The notes under the pieces were generated by a model. That model saw only the letters and a program-made list of their open reading frames with translations. It was not told where the DNA came from and did not search any database. The position numbers and the translations under genes are program-made. From assembly GCA_051294905.1 (NCBI GenBank), contig CM119373.1, positions 25,420,001-25,484,000 of the forward strand: a DNA stretch of 64,000 nt, in the 5' to 3' direction. Origin of the DNA: Botryllus schlosseri (taxonomy: Eukaryota). This document shows, piece by piece, positions 1 through 12,147 of the stretch. Within the stretch, counting starts at the first letter, position 1. Every line of letters starts with the position of its first letter.

Positions 1-1494
1 GTTTGATAGGTTTCAACTGTTAACCATCACAGAAATCCTAACCGACATTGATATAACTCGAATCAAAATTCTAAATTCAGCTTGGGTTTTGATTATTTCA
101 GTGATGCGCTTACGAAAAAAATCGATTCACGCGTGTCTTGGAAGATTCATTCTATGTATGGCATAGAATGATGAGCTATCACAATAAATAGGCAAGCTCA
201 TGATTGAGAGCAAGTGGACCGGAAGGGCTATGCAACATCGTAAAGTGTTCATATCAACTGTTCGTATATTGCAAATAGCATTCATTTTGTGAAGTCATCA
301 ACAAATTCTGCTCCTTGTCATCCAGCCGTTGGTGATGGACTTATTGGTTTATTTCGGAATATTACAGGATGGAGTTAGCCGTGACGGCTCAGAGATTTTC
401 AAATGGTAATTCCTGCCAGCCAGATCCTTATAAATAGTGCTATGTTGATAATTGCGGGGGCGTAGTGATGCGAGTCGAGCTCATAAACCACTGTAGATGG
501 TCACCGAGAACTTCGAGTCCTGGTTAGTATTCATCATTTCCTTTACGATGCAGCCTTGCTCATACTCATTTCGATGTGGCCAACCAGCAGACGTACGACC
601 GCATGCATCCTTAAAATCGTCAATATATGTATACGAACCACTGCACACATTTATATATGCGTTTGTTGACAGCGATCAATATGCAATTTGAATTGGTTAC
701 CCAATCTCTGAGAGATTTTAATTCGACTTGAAGATTTTCTTCACACTTAGCTCGATTCAGGGTGACTTGGATTATTCGTTTTAATGTAATAGTGTCCTCG
801 AAATTTATGTACCAATCTACAAATGCGAGATGCGTAACAAAGTGATGCGCTCCACAAAGAAATACCTATTCCGTCTCATGAATGACGGTATTTCTAGTAC
901 GTCTAAGCGATTCCAATATATTCTGGCTATGCTGACAATCCTTGTGCGAGGTCAAGAAAAACAACATACAGCAATGTGATTACCAAATTTTGGGAATGCA
1001 TTCATCAATAATTTTTCAACCAAAACTCTCGACTCTACATCAGCTCCAGCAGTAAATATGGCTTGGAATTGATAAATATTTGACTGTAACATATGTGAAG
1101 CTACCAATATTAACGATGAAATTCATTCACAAGGTTGAAAAAAAATTCGCGTTCCGCGAGACTGTGAGACGAATTCTGGTCACTTTTCCTAACAATAATA
1201 CGATTTGAGCGCATATATAGTAATTCTGTGAAGGTGTTCAGCTTTTACTGTAAGAGACTTTTATATGCGCAAGATATAATTCATGAAAACCCTGAAGGCA
1301 CGGAACACTACAAGCTCTCTCCGAGGTGAAACCTAAAATACTGGTATTTGTCCTCCAGATGGGCCAGGACGACTCTCCACTGGAATGCGGTCGTATTCGA
1401 CATATGCAATCGAAATTTGACCGTAAATAGCATAAGGTTGAACACCCCCCGGATAAGGCTTATCACGGAATCGGTGCATATTGTATGGTCAGTG

Positions 1495-1574
1495 AGTTTT
1501 GAGTACTTGACTCGAGTCATTGTAATTGAAATTCGATTCAGATTCGAGTAATCGAATCATGATACCCAGTTTTA
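1495..1574 (-). mobile_element. Terminal fragment of a hAT-type element (TAGGG-ended, CTCGA-rich subterminal repeats)
   Basis: The reverse complement (…atgattcgattactcgaatctgaatcgaat…) closely matches the element end at 22195. Only one end is seen. Confidence 0.55.
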
Positions 1575-2602
1575 ATGATGATCTGTTCGTTTCCCAGAAC
1601 TGTAAAGTGCTGAGCGATTATTTGAAAGTTATCTTCTATTCGACTATCGTTTAGATGACAGCTCCTCGACAACGGCTGAGAGAGACAAAGACATCAAAGT
1701 TGAGGAAGATTTCAATCTGAGCTCTCAAAGCAACCAAATTGATTTCCAAGGTGCCTCGATTAGTGTAATTAACGTCGGCGGTACTATGCACAGTCCCCAT
1801 GAACGTTCCACCTCATATAACGGTGGTAACCGAAATTGGCGCCCGGTTATGGTTATTATTTCATTTGTCAATTTTAGCATGTATGTAGAAGTGAAAGTAG
1901 CAATATTCAAGTAATTTACAAGAAATTTTCAAGTTCGGCATATAGTTTTACCGGAAAAGAACAAAAATTGTCAAGGTAAAGTTGACAAATAGTCTGAAGC
2001 AGGACTGACTAATTTAGAGCCGTAAGAGTAAATTTATACGGCCGTCGACATGCAGATCGAAATAACTCCCGAATATTAGAGAGATTTCATACATACTTGA
2101 AATTTTCTTCGCGAATTGCGAGATTTAGCGCTATTTCATATTTCGATTTAAATATTGTAAATCCCTTTGAAATCTGAGCCTTCAAATACATACGCAAACA
2201 GCAGAGGAAAATGATACGCTTCATAAACAAATACCGTGTGCACCTCCCGAAATAAATTTGTTTGTGGTACGTTTGGACGATTGCTATTTCTTACCTCTAT
2301 ATCGACAATTCTGATGGGAGGTCAAGAAATGACAATTGCACACCTAGTCTTCGTGATAAATACTGAAACATGGAATGGAATAACACAAGCTCGGTTGGAT
2401 CATATGTGTGGGCTTTGAAATGTTATGTTTTATGTTGGGTCAGACGACAAGGATACGCATGGAACAGAGGAAGAGATGTTTTTGATTGGGTGTCGAGGCT
2501 TTGTGTTTGTGTTTTGCAATATTAAACGCCAGTTCTTTTCACAAAAAGCTTAACATTTTTGGCGGTTTCTGATTTGCCGTAATATTTTACTATGAACTTG
2601 AG

Positions 2603-3303
2603 CAGTGGTTCTTAAACTTTTTGTAATCGCAGACCCCTTTTGGACCGTCACGGACCCCCAGCATTCTATTTATGTAGAAATTGGGTTAACTTTTATTATT
2701 TCAAAGCTGCAACTGCAATACGTGGTCGTGTCTTTTCTGCGCCTTCGATTTGATATCAACGAGTGCTGAAAATCCATTTAGACAAAGAAAGATGGTGGCA
2801 AATGCAATAATAAGGCATAACGCTACTGGTGACACATTTTGGTATGGTCGCAACAATGATGACGCCAAAATTCACAAAAAATTTTTTTATTGAACATATA
2901 TAACTTCAAGCCTGTTAATTTATATCTAGCAGCTCATCTTTCAGTTATTAGGGAAATGGTTATATAGGCCTATATCACAGAAGAAAACGGATTTTTGCGA
3001 ACATTTTGAAGTCTGCGTGATTTACTTTACTAATCCAACCTTTTATTTTTTACGCAATGCCCGACAAAACACCTCTATACAGTCAAATATTTGTATCAGT
3101 GGGCTATTGGCAATCTAGCAACTAAAATGAGTCCACACCGCAGGATATTCCATCTCAGACGGCCACCCTGATGATGTGAGTTCCACTGAAATGAAGCAAA
3201 ACTGCCACGTGATTTTCCTAATTTGAAAAATATAAATTAGGTAATCAACTATTTTGTAAGTTTAGAGGCTTCGCGGATCCCGACCCTCGGCTGAGAACCA
3301 CTG
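2603..3303. mobile_element. hAT/Charlie-type MITE (~700 bp)
   Basis: TIRs CAGTGGTTCT.A / T.AGAACCACTG. Degenerate 8-bp TSD AACTTGAG/AACTAGGG. Interior shared with the copy at 43245-44789 (tatcacagaagaaaa.ggattt; catctcagacg.cca). Confidence 0.8.
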
Positions 3304-4239
3304 AACTAGGGTTTGTAGAAGTGATTGGCGTTGCTACTCAAGTAACTTCCTATATATTCTGCTCAATTAACAGTATAAGTGGTAATTTCTAAGACACGTG
3401 AAAACTGCTTCATGTGGCAGAAATAACTAAGTGGGTATATTTGGTGGGGGGAGGGTGGTCGCATATTTTCGACATTTAGTCGGAGGTGGCTATATACGAA
3501 ATCGCAACATGTATCTTGTCAGCCAACGCAAAATGTTTGTAATGACACAATACCCATTGGTAGAATATTCGAAAATATATTCAGTTACCGTGCTTTCGGG
3601 GCTGTTGTTAAAACTACCACATTTATGAAATCATATACATCCAACATCGTTGCGGAGCGGACCTTTCTTTGGAGTACACTCGTGTTAGAATTAATTACTG
3701 GGTGCAGTACCAAATCCAAGGTGGGGAGATATCTCCATGACATTCCCAGCTGATTTACTAGGCACACAAAGCACTAAAACAAAATCCAATACAAATTATT
3801 TCCCGTATTGCCAATCACAGATGGGAATTCGAATTGCGTACATCTGATTCAAAGCACATGGTGTGAACCCTTCCCCGATGGCTGTTATAACAACCTTGAT
3901 TTAACCCTAATATACCACATGCAATACATATATATATATTATGGGATTGAAGCGCAAAATATTTCCAATAGTAAAATCACAACTAGAAAACAGCGACCGG
4001 ACTTTGACCTCTAACCAGGATAGTGACTGCCGCACCCCAAATCGTCCAATCGGGGGTCCCAAGCTCAAAAGGGCCCGAAATTATGTTGGTGAATGAACAT
4101 AAATTATTTATAGACCTACATCACTTATTGACAATTTATGCAACTCATTTCAATTTTTTTCGCGCTGGACACGTTTTCATGTTGCCAAATTTTTGAATAT
4201 TGAGTACCCTTCCCCCACGAAAAAAGCATAATTTATAGA

Positions 4240-4390
4240 AAATAAAAATAGGCATTTCGGCATTGGCCATTACCACGCCGCGATGCACGAAAACATACGA
4301 AGTATTTGCCAATACGGTACTCCAAAAAGTGTGCCAATAGGTCGCCTGCGAGAAAACCTTGACCGTGGCAATCTGAACACCACAGGTCAA
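4240..4390 (+). repeat. Unclassified dispersed repeat (other copies at about 53070-53225 minus and 62770-62910 plus)
   Basis: All three share GGCCATTACC.CGCC.CGA..CAC.AA.ACATA.GAAGT and GAGAAAACCT..CCG. Confidence 0.65.
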
Positions 4391-4804
4391 AGAACATTTC
4401 TCAGAGAAAAATTATTTTCCAGTTAAGAAATACCAATTTTCAATAAAGCCACCACAAACGTTTCTTGGATTTCGCATGGTTTCTCAACAAATTACGGCAT
4501 GATGTGTGGATGTACGTAATATGGCCATTTTCCTAATTTTCTGATAAGTCGCGATCAGCGTTTCACAATCCAGTCTCAAAGCATGACCAATTATAGTGTC
4601 CAAAGTAGGACTGCATTTAAAACAAACGGTGTTTTAAAACACTTTGTTAAAACATATTTTAAACAAAAGCTTTCAAAAAAAATTGTACTTTTTCAAGTTG
4701 TAAAATTATACCATAATTGTATGTATGTATGTATGTATAAGGGGTTTTATGGTGCTCGACTACTAAGGTCTTGTGCACCAGGCCTGGGGGAGCTAATAGT
4801 TGAA

Positions 4805-7800
4805 TCATATACGTCTACACAGTACAACAAATTCTATGACTGGATTAACCATACACGGATCAGTCAACAGACAGTCCAAGTTAAAGCTAACACTGTTCTG
4901 TTCAGCTACATTTTTTAAATATTGTCTCTGGTGATAGTATCGAGGACACGTTAGTAGGAAATGTTCGACAGTTTCTGGTACGCTGCACGTTTCGCAGAGA
5001 CCACTGTCATGACAACTCATGCGATGGAGGTGATAGTTCAATTTGCAGTGTCCAGTTTGTAGTCGCAATATAATGGATGATTCCCTCCGCGACAAATTTC
5101 GTGGACGGGGAATGCACGAGAATGGTGCGTGTAAACGTAGGTACGAAGAGTCTTGCTCGATGTCGTTCAATTCCGACATCCACTTCTCAATACATATTCC
5201 ATTGGTGTGTGACTTCATTTCGGCAAGTGACATAATGATTTCGTTTTCGTCGTGGGATCCAGGTGTGCTAGAGGCGAATTTTGCGAGTTCGTCTGCCCTT
5301 TCATTGCCACGTATTCCTGTGTGAGCGGGAATCCAAATGAACGTCACTTGTACTCCCTTTGTTGCCAGGTCTCTGCAGAGTAAGATAATAGTTTCCGTTA
5401 AACTATTCGAATTGCCATTATTTTTTATGGACATCAATGCGCTTTGACTGTCGGAGAATATCGCTAACTGTTTGGACGGCAAACATGCGTTGCTCGCCCA
5501 ATTTAAACTTAACATAATTGCATATAATTCCGAGGAAAATATTGATTGTTTGGCGTTACGCGTGGCCCAATGAGAATATTGAAGTTCTTCGACCCAAAAT
5601 GCTGCACCACCGCGCGTATTTGTTTTCGAACCGTCGGTGTATACTTTCGTATAGGTACGATAGCGCGTCGCAATGTAATGTTCACATTCCTGACGTATGT
5701 ATTCAGGATGGTGTGCCCCGCAGGTGATACGCGTCAATTTCAGATCGACGGCAAGCTGTTCATTCACCCAAGGCGGCACTGTACTCGGTTTCCTCGACTG
5801 TAAAATAATATTTTGGATAGACGCGGATCTGGTTTTCATATGAAACGTAATAAACTGATGCGATTCGGAATAGAATTCGTGCCAAGATTCTCGAGTTAGT
5901 GATATGCAGGGGTGGTTTGGAGTTGCCATAATAATACTGCGATACTTATAACACGCTTGAAGCTGTCTTATGTGAATTGGTGGTTCACCGCAGGAATGCT
6001 GCAAGGCGTAGACTGGCGTGCTCATCATAGCCCCACAGCAGATTCTCAGAGCTGCGTTCTGAATTTTCTGTATTGCTTGTATGATATAGAGTGGCGAAAA
6101 TAAATAAGCTTCACAGCCATACTCAATGACGGATCTAATGAGTGCTCTATATACAGCTAGAAGGCAGGGTTTGCTCGCACCCCATGATGTCCCGCTTAAT
6201 AACCTCAGAATGTTCATCCTTTGAATACATTTCTCCACGACCGCATCCTTGTGAAGTCGGTAGGATAGGCGCGAATCAAAGATGATTCCAAGATATTTAT
6301 GTTTTTTATTGATTGAAAGTGGTGTACCTCCTATCTGAAGGTTTACTTGTGGTAGGTTCCTACGCTTGGAGAATATGACTACAGCTGATTTTTGCACATT
6401 GACACGGAGTCCCCATTTCGTTGTCCACTTGAGCACGTCATCCAAGGATTTTTGGATATTTTTCGCCGATGCGGTTATGTTCAGTCCTGTTTCCCACAAA
6501 CATGCGTCGTCGGCAAACAGATTCATTGTGCTGTTCACTGCTGTGGGGAGATCATTAATCATGACGCTAAATAAAGTCGGACTTAGCACACTACCCTGGG
6601 GAGTGCCATTTTCTAGAGTGTATGTATCGGATAGACTTTGTCCTACGCGTACTTGGAAAGTGCGATTGCTGATAAATGAATATATCCATTTCAGGATGTT
6701 GCCAGATATTCCAAGCTTGTGAAGCTTATAGATCACACCTTCTCGCCATACCAAGTCATACGCTTTCTGGAAGTCAAGAAACACTGCTATTGTTGAGCGT
6801 TTGTTCCAAATTCCTTTGTATATTTCATCATGAAGAGTCATGATGCAGTCTGTTGTCGATCTTCGAGCCCGGAAACCACTTTGCACAGGAGTAATCAGGT
6901 CTTTGCTCTCCAGAAACCAATTCAGGCGATTCGCTATCATTCTCTCCATTACTTTGCACGTGGTGTTCGTTAACGATATGGGTCGATATGACGCTGGGTC
7001 GGACCTGGCTTTGCCCTCTTTTAGCAATGGGATGATTATTGCGTGCCGCCAGTGATCCGGGCAATGCCCATCTTTCCAATATCTATTGAAGATTGACAAC
7101 AGACAATTTCGACTGCGTTGGTTAAGATTTCTTATCATCTGATAGCAAATTTCATCGGGTCCTGGAGCTGTACTTTTTCCTCGATTTAATGCTCTTTCCA
7201 GCTCATTCATGGTGAAAGGCTTATTAATGCCGTCGTCTGTTGTATTTTCTGCATGCATAATTGGCACAATGTATTCGTTTTTCAACTCTTGTCGTCTGAC
7301 CCTGAACTGCAAATCTAGATTTTGGTCGCTACTGACCGACGCAAATTGTCCAGCAAGCGCGTTTGCTTTATCGGCGTTGTCTGTTAAATTAATGCCTTGG
7401 GACTTGAGGCTATTTATGACGTTCCATGTACGGGTCCCCATCATTGATCGTACTGTTCGCCAAACCTTTGTTAATTTCGAATTGCTATTCAGCGATAAAC
7501 AGAAATTTTCCCAGTGTGATTTTTTGGCAGCTAGAATTGTTTTTCTTGTTTCTGCACGCTGCTTCTTGAACGCGATCACTGAATCAATATGAAATGATAG
7601 TTTCATTTTCAGAAACGCCGCTCGTTTGCGACGAACTGCTCTGGAGCAGGATTCGTTCCACCAAGGAACACAGCTCTTACTGTGTGGTTTTGATACAGGA
7701 ATGCATGCTCGTGCCGCTTGTATGATTGCTTGGACCGCATGTTCAATATTATTATCACCCTTTTGAAGTCCTGACATTAATTTGTGTTCAGCAATTCGCC

Positions 7801-8506
7801 TATACCTGTCCCAATCCGCTTTGTGGAATGACCATGAGCGAAAGTGATATTCTGGTATAGCGATTGGGATATTGATCGTGTTGAATATGACAAAGTGATC
7901 GCTTCCTAGTAAGTGGTCTGTGACCGTGGTTTCTATTTTGAGCGCGATGTCCTTTGATACAATGCATAAGTCTAACAGAGATGTGGCACCAAAATCCGAC
8001 GCGATGTTGATGCGTGTGCCTGCCGTGACGTTGGTAATCACAAAATCATTGCTGTCGATCACTTCATAAAGGTTCCGTCCATATCTGTTTGTACTGTTGC
8101 TACCCCATAATGGATGATGCGCATTGAAATCGCCTACAATAATGGATTTCGAATCCAAAGAGTTCATGCATGCTTCTAGAGTGGCCTTGGAAAGTGATCG
8201 ATTTGGTGGAGCGTAAATGTTCATGATGTTCATCCCTTCAACCTTGATAAGCTGTGCTTCTATCGGGTCCAATCCGGTCAGTTCAATTTCCTCGTATTGT
8301 AACCTTTCCTTGATAAATAAGCAGACCCCACCCCCATATATGTCTCGGTCTTTTCGAATGAGCTTATATCCACGGATTTTCGGCTTGTAACGGGACACCA
8401 AGTGTGACTCTTGTAGTGCTATTATCTGCGGCTCCTCCGCTAATTCTTCCAAAAAATGTTTCAGCTCATTGATCTTTCTATATATGCCGCGGCAATTCCA
8501 TTGCAT
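4805..8506 (-). CDS. LINE ORF2: APE endonuclease + reverse transcriptase + RNase H + C-terminal CCHC zinc finger (1233 aa)
   Basis: APE motifs QWNCRG, LQESH, GDFNAH, GSDH. RT motifs YRPISLTN, GFR, FLDFQKAYD, GTPQGSVLSP, LFADD, KYLG. RNase H motifs YTDGSK, SELYAI, FSDSQS, WIPAHTGIRGNERAD. C-terminal CETC..ETVEHFLLTC. Confidence 0.97.
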   Translation of the reverse strand: MQWNCRGIYRKINELKHFLEELAEEPQIIALQESHLVSRYKPKIRGYKLIRKDRDIYGGGVCLFIKERLQYEEIELTGLDPIEAQLIKVEGMNIMNIYAPPNRSLSKATLEACMNSLDSKSIIVGDFNAHHPLWGSNSTNRYGRNLYEVIDSNDFVITNVTAGTRINIASDFGATSLLDLCIVSKDIALKIETTVTDHLLGSDHFVIFNTINIPIAIPEYHFRSWSFHKADWDRYRRIAEHKLMSGLQKGDNNIEHAVQAIIQAARACIPVSKPHSKSCVPWWNESCSRAVRRKRAAFLKMKLSFHIDSVIAFKKQRAETRKTILAAKKSHWENFCLSLNSNSKLTKVWRTVRSMMGTRTWNVINSLKSQGINLTDNADKANALAGQFASVSSDQNLDLQFRVRRQELKNEYIVPIMHAENTTDDGINKPFTMNELERALNRGKSTAPGPDEICYQMIRNLNQRSRNCLLSIFNRYWKDGHCPDHWRHAIIIPLLKEGKARSDPASYRPISLTNTTCKVMERMIANRLNWFLESKDLITPVQSGFRARRSTTDCIMTLHDEIYKGIWNKRSTIAVFLDFQKAYDLVWREGVIYKLHKLGISGNILKWIYSFISNRTFQVRVGQSLSDTYTLENGTPQGSVLSPTLFSVMINDLPTAVNSTMNLFADDACLWETGLNITASAKNIQKSLDDVLKWTTKWGLRVNVQKSAVVIFSKRRNLPQVNLQIGGTPLSINKKHKYLGIIFDSRLSYRLHKDAVVEKCIQRMNILRLLSGTSWGASKPCLLAVYRALIRSVIEYGCEAYLFSPLYIIQAIQKIQNAALRICCGAMMSTPVYALQHSCGEPPIHIRQLQACYKYRSIIMATPNHPCISLTRESWHEFYSESHQFITFHMKTRSASIQNIILQSRKPSTVPPWVNEQLAVDLKLTRITCGAHHPEYIRQECEHYIATRYRTYTKVYTDGSKTNTRGGAAFWVEELQYSHWATRNAKQSIFSSELYAIMLSLNWASNACLPSKQLAIFSDSQSALMSIKNNGNSNSLTETIILLCRDLATKGVQVTFIWIPAHTGIRGNERADELAKFASSTPGSHDENEIIMSLAEMKSHTNGICIEKWMSELNDIEQDSSYLRLHAPFSCIPRPRNLSRRESSIILRLQTGHCKLNYHLHRMSCHDSGLCETCSVPETVEHFLLTCPRYYHQRQYLKNVAEQNSVSFNLDCLLTDPCMVNPVIEFVVLCRRI

Positions 8507-9969
8507 TATTGTGAAGAACGTCCTTTGTTCCTACCCGACTTTTTTATGACCTCTTGTACGTCTTTCCCGAGGGGTGGACCTCCACCCTCAGTCATATTCG
8601 TGATATTCGAGTAGTTGGGCATATTTCCGATTGTTGGCTCGCTCGTTTGTTGACTGTTATGTGACTCTAGACACTCCAAATTATCCATCTTATTTTCTCC
8701 ACTAAAGGTCAGATCGATCGCACCTCCGATATCGACTTCAGGAGTCGTCATCATGGCATTGAGTTGGTTAACTTGGTTGCCGTTACTACGATTGAATGCG
8801 TGATTATTTGTCACTGAGATACCAAGATTCTCCCCTGCTGATTTTTCTATGATTGCTTCAATGTCGATTCGTTTTTTTTCTATAAAGCTTGTTAGGGTGT
8901 TTTTCATGACTTCGGCAATGAAATTAAAGAAGCCAGAAATAGGGATAGTGATATGATCCCCTGTCTTCTGCACTATTGAGCTCTGTTGCTGAGATACGCT
9001 TCGGCGATACTGGTTTTCATCTGGTAGGGCGTTTTTATTCGACACTTCTGGAGGAATGTCCGCAATTCTAAACGAAGTAGCGTTCGGTTTCGGCAATGGT
9101 GGGAATTCACTGAGAGGTGGTACTACCGGATCACTAACTTCGTTTTGCAGCGTATTCCGCGCAGTCCAATAGTCTACCTTGGTGTTCGCCATTATTTTCT
9201 GAATCCTAATTTCCTGTTGATACCTTGGACAACCAGTGTATCGAGCAGAGTGAGAATTGCCGCAGTTAACGCAGTGGAGAACAACACTGTCACACTTGTC
9301 GTGGGTGTGGCGGTTTCCGCATTTAGAGCAACGCTGCGCGCTTCGACAATGCTTCGATTTATGACCGAAGCGATTGCAATTATAGCACCTGGTGGGCGGT
9401 TGATTGTATACGCGAGGCCTAAATCGTAAGAATCCTATCTTAACCACGGCTGGCAGGATTGTCGACGAGAAGCACAAAAGCACTGATTTACCCCGTATGG
9501 TTTCCCCATCAGCGCGATAGGAGAATCTACGCGCGAACGTAACATGTTGGTTTGTCAACGAATGCAATATCTCCTCATCCGACATTTCTAGTGGCACGTT
9601 TGTAATAACTCCCTTCACTTCTACTGGTCTGGTATTGTATAATTCCGTTCGCACCTCTATCGGATTTGTACTCGATCCGAGATCGGTGCATGACAATAAC
9701 TTAGCAACTTGATCACTATTCGCACATTTAACACAGATATCCCCTGAAGGAAGGACTTTCACATCCTTGTAATTACCACCTAGAACTGCGTATAACGATT
9801 TATTGATAGTCAATGGATTGTATTGCCGAATGCGCTTTTTTACCCCTTTTATAATCACCGACTCATCAATACCAAATCTTGCAGAATTCCCTGTCGCTAC
9901 CTCCTTCGAGGAAGGCCCAGGAAGATCCGAATCTGCGGAGCGCTTCTGCGCCCCGCCACTACCTGACAT
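8506..9969 (-). CDS. LINE ORF1: nucleic-acid-binding gag-like protein with three zinc knuckles (487 aa)
   Basis: Knuckles CYNCNRFGHKSKHC, CSKCGNRHTHDKC, CVNCGNSHSARYTGC, preceded by an RRM-like region (KGVITNVP...). Its stop overlaps the ORF2 start as TAATG at 8504-8508. Confidence 0.95.
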   Translation of the reverse strand: MSGSGGAQKRSADSDLPGPSSKEVATGNSARFGIDESVIIKGVKKRIRQYNPLTINKSLYAVLGGNYKDVKVLPSGDICVKCANSDQVAKLLSCTDLGSSTNPIEVRTELYNTRPVEVKGVITNVPLEMSDEEILHSLTNQHVTFARRFSYRADGETIRGKSVLLCFSSTILPAVVKIGFLRFRPRVYNQPPTRCYNCNRFGHKSKHCRSAQRCSKCGNRHTHDKCDSVVLHCVNCGNSHSARYTGCPRYQQEIRIQKIMANTKVDYWTARNTLQNEVSDPVVPPLSEFPPLPKPNATSFRIADIPPEVSNKNALPDENQYRRSVSQQQSSIVQKTGDHITIPISGFFNFIAEVMKNTLTSFIEKKRIDIEAIIEKSAGENLGISVTNNHAFNRSNGNQVNQLNAMMTTPEVDIGGAIDLTFSGENKMDNLECLESHNSQQTSEPTIGNMPNYSNITNMTEGGGPPLGKDVQEVIKKSGRNKGRSSQ

Positions 9970-10875
9970 AACTTGACTGTTTTATATCACAAATATGCGA
10001 TGCAACTATTGTATACAGAGCTACAGAACGCTTCAGCTGATATAAGCCTACTGCTACGCGACTGTCAACTGCGCGGCTAATCGTTAATTAGGCGAGTCAC
10101 TATACGAGATCACGATAAGACGTCCTATCTCGACGGCGCTCAACACACGAATGTACCATAATTGTCTAGACTTAACAAAAACATGATGTATGAGGACAAT
10201 TACCACCCAATTTAGCCGACGCATATCGTTCTGGGATGGTTGGAACCCTCAAAATAGTCGGTTCAACAGTTGCAGTACATATATTTTGTCAAAGAGGCTA
10301 TTTTTATCTTATATTTTCAACGGTGAATTTCAATCCGTTATGACGTCACAATTGAATTTTCGTGACGTCGTGGCTTAAAAACAAAAACAAAAAACAATAA
10401 AAAAAATGTTTTCAATTAGGGCCTTGTTTTAAACATGTTTTTTTTTCAATTGATTTTTGTTTTAAATGCAACCATAGTCTAAAGGATGTGTAGTACTATG
10501 ACTCTCGCAGAAATAAGCTCCAACATGACACAGTGAATCCCCGGTCCGATAGCCTTTTCTACACTTAACACAAATTGCTGTTTCTTTTTGACTGAGCACT
10601 ATTTAAAAAACAAGCAAGGTAAATGGAACAAACCATAGTAAGTAAACTATAACATAATGGAGTTATTACGAACAACGACAACTCCACTTGCGCCAACCCC
10701 CCCCCCCCCTCACTCATATTCCTCTATCACTCTTATTCCCCGAAACAGGTATATAATTCTATTTTTGTCTTCATTTATTCCTTTTGCATCTATATTCTGC
10801 TTTTCTGTTGATAATTCAATAGTTTTTAGCCTTTTGCTCATATTTTTACATTAATTTTTTCACTAACTTCAATTT

Positions 10876-11045
10876 TTAACCCTTGGCACGTTTTTGGTCA
10901 TAAATTTTTTCCCCAAGGTAAAAAAAGTGACAAAACCTATCATTGTAAAGCTGTTGAAATTATCTTTCCAACAGTATATAGTACATCTTTATAAAAAAAA
11001 TTTCTAGGTTGACCCATTTCTAGACCAAATTCTACCGGACTATAG
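10876..11045. mobile_element. Possible piggyBac-like element end
   Basis: TTAA followed by CCCTT at 10876-10884. No partner end was found. Confidence 0.25.
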
Positions 11046-12147
11046 CCTGTCATTACTTACATTATGGCGGGTGTGTTTGTTCATCAAGGACTACCGTTTT
11101 AGTGTCAATCTCAATGATTTGTTATTATTTGAAAATCTTGTGATGAGATTGGTTTGGACACAGTGAAAACATTGATCTAGTCTTCGATTACCAAGGAGAA
11201 AGTTTCCCGCAATATCCGAAGGTGATAGGGAAAGATACCATAGTAGATTAAAGTTTTTAAATGTTAGTTGACTATTGCTGATGATTCAAATGAGACAAGA
11301 GTTTTTAGGATAAATCTTTGCTCGCACTTTATTTATTCCGCAAAAGCATATGCAATGTCAGTTCAACAAAACAGTGCAGAACAGATGACTATTTGAAGAC
11401 TAATGATCAACTTTCGTTTGCAGGTGGTTCTTGGAAAATTTTATGCAACAAGCACTAACTATTATAAGTGGTACTTTTATGTTAGTTTTGGTTGCCTAAC
11501 TCAAAAGCACAGCTTGGTGTGAAAAAACTGAAGTTATTTTTAATTCAGCGTTCAAAAGTTAGTCTGAAACAATTTTCAGACCAAAGTTACCAAACACCCC
11601 GTTGCCGGTGTTATAGGTCGAATTGGTTAGCAAGTAGTGATGACAAGTAAATACCATTATTCAGCTTCTGTACCATTATCGATTTTTGTAAAAAAAATTA
11701 TATAGGAATGCCAATAACTATTGAAATATGTCTGCATGAAAATATAAAAATAGTGTATAACGATAAATTTTTAAATTGTGGTCCGTGAACCCAACGAAGG
11801 GCCGGCGTCTACCGTTTAAGGCAGGGGCGGGTAACTTCTCTAGTTGGCGGACCGGATATGAGAAAATGAAGCACTTCGCAGGCCGCATTACAGAGTGTAT
11901 ACATTTACCGCGTACTTATTAGGGATGATGTGACGGTGAGGTTCACGTTCACGTTCTGTGTGTGAAACTCGGAAATTAAGAGGTCCATCTTCACAAACGA
12001 ACCTTGTTAGGTTCTGTACTGTGAGCCTTTTTCTATATAATTAATTTTTTTTACGTAATTATAGCACGTTTGGTTGAAATTCGTTGCGTTTCAACTTGAG
12101 AACGCTCTATGCGTGGCGCTGGCAGCATAGAAAAATAAACTCCTAAA

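Larger units (their letters stand above)
4721..10153 (-). mobile_element. Full-length non-LTR retrotransposon (LINE), I/Nimb clade
   Basis: Perfect 12-bp TSD TACCATAATTGT at 4709-4720 and 10154-10165. The 5' end on the minus strand starts CATTCGTGTG. (TACA)n tail at about 4721-4738. Two long uninterrupted ORFs. 3'UTR stem GGTGC-ACAAGACC...GTCGA-GCACC. Confidence 0.96.

Noticed and set aside
4583-9429. Plus-strand ORFs of 60-127 aa overlapping the LINE
   Set aside because: They are antisense shadows of the long minus-strand ORFs and have no motifs of their own.
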